Origin: an uncultured Chloroflexia bacterium
GTDB lineage: Bacteria > Chloroflexota > Ktedonobacteria > Ktedonobacterales > JADMIN01
Assembly: GCA_963718915.1 (NCBI GenBank)
Contig: CAVRAI010000015.1
Span: 1,012,981 to 1,044,980, forward strand
Direction of reading: 5' to 3'
Length of the DNA stretch: 32,000 bases
Made by a program: the position numbers and the translations under genes. The notes beneath the pieces are model-generated. The model was not told the DNA's origin. It did no database searches and saw nothing but the letters and a program-made list of their open reading frames with translations. Within the stretch, counting starts at the first letter, position 1. Every line of letters starts with the position of its first letter. Shown here in pieces: positions 24,750-32,000 of this stretch.

Positions 24750-27132
24750 ATGCCAGGGGGTCAAACGCTCTATGACCTCGTCGTCGTAGGTTCTTCGGCG
24801 GGCGGCATCGAGGCGCTCTCGCTGCTCGTATCCACGCTGCCGACCGATTTCCCCTCCCCAATCGTGCTCGCGCAACACCTCGGCCCCGACAGGCCCAGCC
24901 ATCTTGCTGACATCCTCGCACGTCAGAGCGCACTGCCAGTGAGCATTGTGGACGAGGGCGCACCGCAAACCCTGGCGGCGGGGATGGTTTATGTTGTCCC
25001 GGCGGATCGCGACGTGGAGATCACTGATCACGCGGTCGTCTTGCAGACGCAGTCAACTGGGCTTCCCAAGCCATCCATTGACTTGCTACTTGCGAGCGCC
25101 GCTCAAATCTATGGCGAGCGGTTGATTGCCGTAATTCTCACAGGAACTGGCTCTGATGGCACTGCTGGAGCGCAAGCGGTAAAAGCCGCTGGCGGAACGG
25201 TGATCATTGAGAATCCGGATACAGCCAGTTATCCTGCCATGCCTGCCTCTGTGGCGCGATCAAGCGTAGACATGAGCCTGGATTTGGCGCGGATCGGACC
25301 GATGCTGTACGACCTGCTAACTGGCGCACATGTGCTTTCCGCGCCCGAAGATATCTTACCAACGCTACTTGCGGAGACACGCGCCTACAGCGGGATCGAT
25401 TTCTCCCAGTATAAACAGCCAACGATCCTCAGGCGCCTCCAAAGGCGGACGACAGCAACTGGTACAGCGACTCTGCCTGCGTACATTGCGTATCTGCATC
25501 ACCACCCCGAGGAATACACCCAGCTCTCTGCCAGCTTCTTGATCAAGGTCACCGGGTTCTTTCGCGATCGAGCACTCTTTGACTACCTGCGCGAAGAGGT
25601 CATGGCTGAGATCGTTTCCCGGGCGCGGAAGCAACGTAAGCGAATCCGCATCTGGTCAGCTGGGTGCGCCAGCGGCGAGGAAGCCTATTCGTTGGCCATT
25701 CTCATCGCCGAGCATTTGGGCGATGAATTGGACGACTTCACCGTGCAGATTTTCGCCACCGATGCCGACGCAGATGCTGTAGCATTTGCTCGTCGCGGGG
25801 TGTATTCAGCTGCCGCACTCGCCACCGTCCCCAAAGTCTACAGGGACCGCTACTTCGCGCCCGTCAACAACGGATGGGCTGTCTCTCAACGGGTACGTGG
25901 CATGGTTATCTTCGGGGAGCACGATCTCGGGCAGCGTGCTCCGTTTCCGCATATCGACCTGGTAGTGTGCCGCAATGTCTTAATCTATTTCACACCGGAG
26001 CTCCAGAGGCGTAGCCTCCAGCTCTTTCCTTCTCACTGCATGACGGGGGCTATCTCGTGTTGGGGATGGCCGAAACGACGAAGCCATTACCGGATTACTT
26101 CGTTCCAGCCCAACCGCATCTCAAGGTCTTTCGCCGCCAGCGCGGCGGATTGTCGCCGTCCCTCGATAAGCTGAGCGTGTCCAAACCAGCCTCCCCCAAT
26201 CATGCGCGAACTCTCGCTGCTGCCCGCAGTGGCGCTGCCAGCTTGGTTCGCGCTGCCTGAATCGGAGCAGGAGTCCGCAATAGCGCGGGGAACAGCGAGC
26301 GGTGGGCAATCTCGGGCTGCGCACGCAGTGCTTGGCGAACAGATTCTTGACTTACCTCTTGGCGTCGTGGTGGTCGACAGGAACTATGACGTGCAAGCGA
26401 TCGAATGACGCCGCCTACACGCTACTCGAGATCAGCCGCATGGCGATAGGGAGGGATCTGCTCCATCTCGCTAGTCGAGTACCGACGAAACCCTTCCGCG
26501 CGGCTATTGACGCAGCGTTTCGTGCGCCACCCTCCCAAGGACGTGCCCTAACCGTCACCCTTGAGCTTACACCTGGAGCGTTGCGCTCGCTCGAGATGGT
26601 CTGCATTCCGCACCGACCGAAGACAGCGCGCAACAAAGTCCCTGGCGACGTGGACGCTGTGATCCTTATGATCTCGGATACCACGGATACGCAGCGGGAA
26701 CAGCGCTCTGCTGAAGAGCAGAGGAAGATGGACACATTCCCAGAGGCGCCCCTCCGCCGGGGTCGCAAGCGCAGGGGACTGCCGTTGGCATCGGAACACA
26801 CGGCGCGTGAAGACCCTCGCGAGCGAGAACTTGAGCAAGCCCGCACCCTGGTGCGTGAACTAACTACGTCAAACCAGGAGTTGCGTGACGCCAACCAAGA
26901 GCTGCGCTATGAGAACGAAGCGTTGCGGTTACGCGAGGAAGAGGCGCAAGCCTCGGCCGAAGAAGTGAAAACGCTCAACGAGGAGTTGCAAGCCACCAAC
27001 GAAGAGCTCGAGACGCTCAATGAGGAATTGGAGGCAACGCTTGAGGAGTTGCGCACGACCAACGACGATCTCCAGGCGAGAACACGAGAACTTGAGGAAC
27101 TTGTTGCCCAGCGGGGCGAGCACGCCGAGTAG
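24750..27132 (+). pseudogene. CheB-methylesterase / CheR-methyltransferase / PAS-like / coiled-coil fusion protein, split over 3-4 reading-frame segments; no kinase output domain
   Basis: Frame 3 carries the CheB core (DLVVVGSSAGGIEAL, GTGSDGTAGAQAVKAAGGTVIIENPDTA) and CheR (FFRD, IRIWSAGCASGEEAYSLAIL, VVCRNVLIYF) and then degenerates after LQLF. Frame 2 continues (A)FSLHDGGYLVLGMAETTKPL..KVFRR (break at about 26025-26031). Frame 3 resumes with LGEQILDLPLGVVVVDRNYDVQAI and stops at 26408. Frame 1 continues NDAAYTLLEISRMAIGRDLL... (break at about 26400-26404) through the heptad-rich NEELQATNEELETLNEELEATLEELRTTNDDL to 27132. Confidence 0.8.
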
Positions 27133-27232
27133 CATCGTCCGCCCGACCGGAAGTGCGCTAGCGAGTGAGTGAATTGGTAGCAGCCAGTCATACAAGTGTT
27201 GGTGGATTGGTCGGTAGTTGGAGGATGGTATC

Positions 27233-27529
27233 ATGACGAACGCTGAGGAGATACGACAGGCGCGTCAACTGGTAAGTCGATGGCGCGATCTCCTCTGGCA
27301 ATCGGTGCTAGATGAGTTCGCGGAGCGCGATGCCACGGGGGCCGAAGCAGCCTGGGCCGTTATACGCGCGCAGCCAGCACGCGCGCTCTTCGGCGCATCC
27401 ACTCGTGATGCTTTGGAGGCATGGCCGCATTTGGATGGTCAGGCGCGCCATGACTGGGTGTGGGTCTGTCAACTGGTGCATGACACGTGGATGGAGGAGA
27501 TTCGGTCAGCAACCGAGGCGATAAACTGA
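27233..27529 (+). CDS. hypothetical protein
   Basis: ATG 27233 is preceded by GGAGGA (27220-27225). 98 aa, Trp-rich, helical. No family recognised. Confidence 0.5.
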   Translation: MTNAEEIRQARQLVSRWRDLLWQSVLDEFAERDATGAEAAWAVIRAQPARALFGASTRDALEAWPHLDGQARHDWVWVCQLVHDTWMEEIRSATEAIN

Positions 27530-27690
27530 TTGAGCCCAGTTGTCCAGACGGTGCGTGGCTAGCCGGGCTACGCGCCAAGGACGAATCATCCTCTCCACCG
27601 CGCTTAACACTCACTTGGTCACTCCACCAGGTAACTTTCGGGCAGTGTTTCGCCGAGAAAGACAGCAAGCCGGGATGAGACTCGTGCTCA

Positions 27691-27972
27691 TTGCCTCAGC
27701 CACCATGCAAGAAGGGAATGCAGACTTTGGATGACACGATTTTTGATCCCGCAACGGCAACACGGGAGGCTCGGGCAGTCGTGAGCCGCTATATCCACAC
27801 CCTTCTCTACAGTGGTAGTGAGGGTGGCGGCACATCAGGAGCCGAGTGGGATTCCAAACAGGAATTGCGTCGGCTCGGTCGTAGCGAGGCTTATATAGAT
27901 TCTGCGACCGCGTATGCGCGGAACACAGGTGATGACGTATGGCAGCAGCGTTTCCTCTTTGAGCAGCGCTAG
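27691..27972 (+). CDS. hypothetical protein
   Basis: 93-aa ORF starting at TTG 27691; an alternative start is ATG 27718. The N-terminal segment TREARAVVSRYIHTLLYS resembles EIRQARQLVSRWRDLLWQS of the preceding gene. Confidence 0.4.
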   Translation: MPQPPCKKGMQTLDDTIFDPATATREARAVVSRYIHTLLYSGSEGGGTSGAEWDSKQELRRLGRSEAYIDSATAYARNTGDDVWQQRFLFEQR

Positions 27973-28069
27973 ATAGAGGCGCACACCACAGCGGAGTGTG
28001 ACCACCCCATAGATGACAACAGATGATCGCGGCATAGTGACCAGGTCCGTGGGATTGAGGAGGACATAT

Positions 28070-28375
28070 ATGGCGGATGGTAGAGACGTTCGATGGGAGC
28101 ATTGCAGCCTGGAACATCGCACCAGCAACACGAAGGGGGGCGGGCATCAAGAAACAACAGTGCTGGTGTACTATGGCACGCATTCCTTCACGGAGGGGTT
28201 TGATCCGAAGGCGTGGAGCGCAGGCGGTGGGTCAACTCGGCCGAGATGGCTGGGAAATGGCAAGAGCACCGCTACCTATAATGTGGACGGTGACGAGGTC
28301 GGCGGAACCACCATACTCTACTTTAAGCGTCGCGCGGGCGAGGAGATTCAACAGCCCATGCTGGCGAACCTCTGA
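28070..28375 (+). CDS. hypothetical DUF4177-like protein; a short central segment may be out of frame
   Basis: ATG 28070 is preceded by GAGGAGGA. RWEHCSLEH...TTVLVYYG...TTILYFKRR fits the family pattern. However, the diagnostic LG.dGWE motif (AVGQLGRDGWEMA) appears only in the +1 frame at about 28218-28262. Confidence 0.55.
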   Translation: MADGRDVRWEHCSLEHRTSNTKGGGHQETTVLVYYGTHSFTEGFDPKAWSAGGGSTRPRWLGNGKSTATYNVDGDEVGGTTILYFKRRAGEEIQQPMLANL

Positions 28376-28462
28376 CCACGTGGTGGGCTGTATAAGCAGG
28401 GTCACTATAAGGCACAGGTGTGATGCCGCGCTGCGCAGACGTCAGCAACATGATTATCAGTT

Positions 28463-28518
28463 GCCCCCGGCATCGCCGTGCCTTCGCCATCCCTGGCGCA
28501 TACGGCGATGCCGGGGGC
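28463..28518 (+). terminator. long GC-rich hairpin between convergent genes (putative intrinsic terminator)
   Basis: Perfect 17-bp arms: GCCCCCGGCATCGCCGT (28463-28479) and ACGGCGATGCCGGGGGC (28502-28518). An inner CGCCA-tccc-TGGCG stem lies at 28485-28498. The hairpin is followed by CTATTGTTGTGTTTG. It sits 88 nt after the 28375 stop and 35 nt after the 28553 minus-strand stop. Confidence 0.5.
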
Positions 28519-28552
28519 TATTGTTGTGTTTGCGAGCATTCAGATGCGCCCA

Positions 28553-28831
28553 TTACTCAATCCTGAAGATGGAGGCCCAGGGGTAAAATATGCTCTGGTC
28601 GTCCGGATCGCCAAGGCGTATGACGATCAGACCCGAGATCGTCATACCCCAGTAATTCATACTCCTCTGGACCCGACGCGCCACTCCACGCTGGGCTCCT
28701 ACTGTCCGCCGGTCGCGTGGTGAATGTCCATGTTCTAGGGATTCCCTCCGCTGGGCGTGCGTTGATTGAGCCACTTGTTGAATTCGTCGTTTCTCATATT
28801 CCTCTTCTTTCGTAGACCTCTTCTCCATCAC
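28553..28831 (-). CDS. hypothetical ORF (doubtful; possibly frame-damaged)
   Basis: 92-aa ORF. Only the C-terminal part (MNYWGMTISGLIVIRLGDPDDQSIFYPWASIFRIE) looks protein-like. Another frame has a good start context: AAGAAGAGGAAT-ATG giving MRNDEFNKWLNQRTPSGG. Confidence 0.3.
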   Translation of the reverse strand: MMEKRSTKEEEYEKRRIQQVAQSTHAQRRESLEHGHSPRDRRTVGAQRGVARRVQRSMNYWGMTISGLIVIRLGDPDDQSIFYPWASIFRIE

Positions 28832-29703
28832 GCACTCGCTAGATTCACTGGTGTATCATACTGCTTGTTCCGTATGCTGCTCTTCTGGCCGCCCATTGCC
28901 CTCGCCTATGCGGCTGCTACCATAGCGCCGACAGACATCCTCATCTGCCAGCGTTCACACGCCTATTCGGGCGCGCCACTCGCCGCCTGGCGCTGTGCCT
29001 AGCCCTAGAGCTGGCGCTGCCACGCCTCGATAGCGGCCACGGCGTCGGTAGCGGTCGCGGAACTGGTAGACAGCCGTTGTGGCGCCTGCGGTATATTCGC
29101 CAATGCTGCGAGCTGGTCCCCACGGCGCAAGGAAGTGATCGCCTGCCGCGCACGGACAGAGTGCGGCGTAGCCGTCAAAGTAATCTGTCCCAAAATCACG
29201 AACGACCCTGTACTCCTTGCGCTGAACGCGCTGAACGCCGCCCGGTCTGCCATCGCCGATATGAGGGCAGAACACCGAGCAACTCACCTGCCTCGTTTGT
29301 CATCGGACTCCATCTGCCTTTCGCTTGCACCATCCCCTGCCACTCCCTGCCATTATATGCCGGTACGTGGTGGCTGCTACCGCCCTGTCTCGTCGTTCTG
29401 AATCTTCCCATACACTCATATGGGGAGACGCCTTGACCTGTCTCATATCAACTTCGCCACGATCATCATATTCAGCACCGATCAAACCCTGGATTCATAG
29501 GACTTGGCATGATGGCCAATTACGACTACCGAGCTACCGAGGCGGAATTCGTATCATGCCCTAAGACTCCAACAGTCCCTGCGGATTCCATATGATACTG
29601 GTACTCAGATAACATGGCGCTCCTCCTCACTCCAGCCCCAAAAGGCCCTGCAGTGAAGAGGAGCGGTGGGAGGCGTCGTTGCCTCTCTGCGCAGTGCTGG
29701 CTG

Positions 29704-30156
29704 CTAGTTTTCGATCCCGCCAGGGGCGACCACTTGCTGTTCTGGAGTGGTGGCGAAGCCCAGCTGGTGCAGCATCCCCAGTTGGTCAATCGTGGCCCAA
29801 TGCTCCACCACTTTGCCTGCCGCAAACGACCGATATGGATTTCCGTCCAGGTCGCCGTCTTGCCGGTTGCCTTCATCCCCTGGAAATCCCCCTTCATCGT
29901 CCCACGCGCCGTCACCCGTGCCACCACTTTCTCCCCTTCCGCCACCACATCCTCGACGATGTATTGCAGGTCTGGGAAGGCCGTGCGCAGCATGCGTGAA
30001 GAACGCCTGGAATCCGGCCACGCCCGCAGGGAGACCAGCGGGAAGGGCGTGGTCCACATAGTCGTGGGCAAAATACTGGTCGGCAGTATCGAAGTTACCC
30101 AGGTTGATCAGTTTTTCAGGAATGGCGCGAAAGGCCGCTTTGTTCTGCTCGGACAT
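29704..30156 (-). pseudogene. SnoaL-like ester cyclase family protein; the central ~55 codons are readable only in another frame (compensating frameshift pair)
   Basis: Strong RBS AAGGAGGA (30170-30163). Frame a reads MSEQNKAAFRAIPEKLINLGNFDTADQYFAHDYVDH...GFQAFFT, then Gly/Arg-rich nonsense, then AAGKVVEHWATIDQLGMLHQLGF. Frame b (ORF 29526-30071) supplies the missing core: MLRTAFPDLQYIVEDVVAEGEKVVARVTARGTMKGDFQGMKATGKTATWTEIHIGR. Junctions lie at about 29991-29995 and 29824-29827, the latter an A/T run. Confidence 0.8.
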
Positions 30157-30705
30157 AGAAAGTCCTCCTTAGGAGCACGTCATATGGAGTTGACCCACAC
30201 GAGGCCATCTTCAGATGGCTGCTCGTTGCGACGGGGTGGTCAGATGGTCGCGTCCATCGTGGTCGACCCATACATCACACGATACTCCAGGGTGGGACCT
30301 CGCCTCGTGGTTGGCAGAGCAGCAAGGCGTGACACGTCACAGTGGCTGGGCAAGTGCCCAGAGGAGTGATGTTGTTGGGGGCTACACAGAGTATAGCAGA
30401 AAAGGCGATAAAAGTCAAATTTTTCTAGAATAGAGAATAAACTCACAAGCGAGCCGCTGAGCCCGATGTCGTTGAATACGTAAGCTGCCGGGGTTATTGA
30501 TGTTTGCAGATGCTACAAGCAGTCGTTCAAACGACGACATCCCAAAACAGATTTGGTATGAACTCGCGCGGGCAATGCGCACCTGTTGATGTTAGTAGAG
30601 AAAAGCAATGGACGAGAAAGCGACCCATCCCTGAGGAATGGGCCGCCTGGATATCCGCGGGTCGTCAAGCACAGTGGCCAATCAGCATGCCTGACGGGCC
30701 ATCCC

Positions 30706-31142
30706 CTAGCGGATTGTCGGGGCGATGGCAGCGACCTCGAAATATGTCTGGAGGTTCTGCAACACCAGTGCGGCCTCGTGCTCGTTCAACTTGGTGACGA
30801 AGGGCTCACCAACCTTGCGCAGCAACGCAGCAGGCGCCATGTATTCAAACGCGAACTGCACCTTCGTGGTAGCACCTTTGCGGCTCGAAGCGAAAGATGA
30901 TCGTGCCCTCCAGATCGCCGGTCATCCGAGTCACGATGCACTCCTTGGCCACGTACTTGGTATCCTCACCCTTACCTTCCAGGTGCAGGACCAGCCATCT
31001 TGTAGGCATACTTGAATGTGCCGCCGCCGCTGGGCGGACGCGTGAGATCCTTGACTTCGATCAAGCTCGGCCAGATCGTCGCCAGGTTGGACCAGTTGGC
31101 AACGTAGTCGAAGACTTGCTGCACTGGTGCGTGAATGGTCAT
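30706..31142 (-). pseudogene. SRPBCC (START/polyketide-cyclase-like) protein with two +1 frame breaks
   Basis: Segment 1 from ATG 31142: MTIHAPVQQVFDYVANWSNLATIWPSLIEVKDLTRPPSGGGTFKYAYKMAG. Segment 2 in the next frame: LHLEGKGEDTKYVAKECIVTRMTGDLEGTIIFRFEPQ. Segment 3 in the third frame: GATTKVQFAFEYMAPAALLRKVGEPFVTKLNEHEAALVLQNLQTYFEVAAIAPTIR* (stop 30706-30708). Breaks lie at about 30988-30992 and 30874-30880. The total span is 437 nt, which is 3n+2. Confidence 0.7.
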
Positions 31143-31400
31143 ACTCTTTTGGAATTGCAACACTGCTGGGCCTTTCGTCCTTGGTTCAAGAACCGGCGTG
31201 ATCGGCCCCGAAGGGGGACAGCGTATCTTGCTTGCAGCGTTCCAAAGAGTGGAGCGCCCTCCAAACACACGACCAGGCGATGCGCTAGATTTGTGGAGAC
31301 CTTCATGTGGGCCCTGACACAGTATTCCAGCGCTGATCCCGAAAACCTATTCTCAGTATAGCACACTAAATGGAAAACCCAAAGTAGACTTGCGGTGTGT

Positions 31401-31437
31401 AGATTCAATCAGAAGATTCAATCAGAAGATTCAATCG
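31401..31437. repeat. 13-bp tandem repeat, 2.8 copies
   Basis: AGATTCAATCAGA AGATTCAATCAGA AGATTCAATCG, in a lower-GC non-coding stretch (about 31.3-31.8 kb). Confidence 0.9.
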
Positions 31438-31825
31438 TAACATAGAACGCATAGGGCGTCGGAATGCATTGCAGTTGGCTCAGATGCATCCGACCTATCT
31501 TGATACAGTCGACCATTGATGGGATGACCTGGCAGGCAGACAACTGAGGTTGATATGTTGTAGATCTTCGTGGTATAGTCGGGACACCCTCTGTCTACGA
31601 CTTCACTTGAGAACTTTGAATCAGGCGCTTCCTTGAGTAGGAGCTGCTGGCGGTGCGGGGGGTGACGCGAGTCTTGCCTGCTTTTGAGGTACATCATAGA
31701 GGTGCTTTGCACCAACCGAACCTGCTGATGGCAGTGCGGCTCACCAGACAGGAAGGGAGATACCTCTGTGGGGGAACTACTAACGGGTAAGACGCAACCA
31801 GGTGAGACGCCGGACGGGCACTGAC

Positions 31826-32000
31826 ATGTATAGCTTTGATCCCTTTGCGCAACACCCATTCTATGCCAAGATTAACCACTCGCTGGTCCAGCGCGCCATC
31901 GCTCGATTGGATGCTGCCCGGCCAAAGGGCAAGCCCGTATGCGTCGTTGACCTGGCCTCGGGTACAGGAGCGGTGACACAGCTCATCTTGGACGAGTTGG
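31826..32000 (+). CDS. class I SAM-dependent methyltransferase (5' part; runs off the window)
   Basis: Absent from the ORF track because no stop lies in the window. Own translation from ATG 31826: MYSFDPFAQHPFYAKINHSLVQRAIARLDAARPKGKPVCVVDLASGTGAVTQLILDEL. Contains SAM motif I (VVDLASGTG). Confidence 0.65.
   Translation, partial: MYSFDPFAQHPFYAKINHSLVQRAIARLDAARPKGKPVCVVDLASGTGAVTQLILDEL

Noticed and set aside
26175-26260. Counting the frame 2 to frame 3 change here as a definite third frameshift in the CheB-CheR gene
   Set aside because: The region is a low-complexity linker, and an ATG at 26202 opens the next frame. A natural gene boundary with a 59-nt overlap cannot be excluded, so it is reported only as possible.
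7999-30992. Programmed ribosomal frameshifting as an explanation for the frame switches
   Set aside because: The junctions share no slippery heptamer (X XXY YYZ) or common motif. They go in both directions, are not followed by obvious stimulatory structures, and occur twice within single domains. Indel mutation or consensus error fits better.

Overview
GC-rich bacterial chromosomal window. Gene content suggests Chloroflexota or Actinomycetota, but that is a guess: PT-rich linkers, a PA14-tailed Ser/Thr kinase, DUF4177-like and DUF4097-like proteins, IS200/IS605. No rRNA, tRNA or CRISPR array was seen. In order: (1) 1-5.8 kb, a MarR-controlled divergent xenobiotic-type cluster: MFS efflux pump, membrane protein, cytochrome P450 and a translationally coupled SAM methyltransferase on the minus strand; MarR and arylamine N-acetyltransferase on the plus strand. 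(2) 5.98-7.71 kb, an apparently intact IS200/IS605 element (tnpA + tnpB, paired imperfect end hairpins) about 85 bp upstream of (3) 7.8-11.25 kb, a histidine kinase / OmpR-type regulator / DUF4097-like membrane protein module. (4) 11.4-16.2 kb, a b-type-cytochrome-like membrane protein, a TPR protein, dodecin and a Ser/Thr kinase with a PA14 ectodomain. (5) 16.2-17.2 kb, a gene-poor stretch with a possible restriction-modification relic. (6) 17.2-20.7 kb, a two-domain GT4 glycosyltransferase plus a GH130 enzyme. (7) 20.7-31.2 kb, a zone of small hypothetical genes and damaged genes. (8) 31.8 kb to the end, a partial methyltransferase. The main observation is that homology-like protein sequence switches reading frame 12-13 times inside seven genes: kinase, DUF4097, PRC-BON, CheB-CheR-PAS, a DUF4177-like gene, ester cyclase and SRPBCC. 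Three of these keep a full-length ORF only because paired +1/-1 shifts compensate. An alpha/beta-hydrolase relic also carries in-frame stops. Neighbouring long genes (P450, MFS, TPR, kinase, 786-aa GT4, GH130, TnpB) are intact. From sequence alone I cannot tell real gene decay from localized consensus indel errors. I found no convincing novel multi-gene system such as a defence system. All domain calls come from motifs read by eye, not from database searches.
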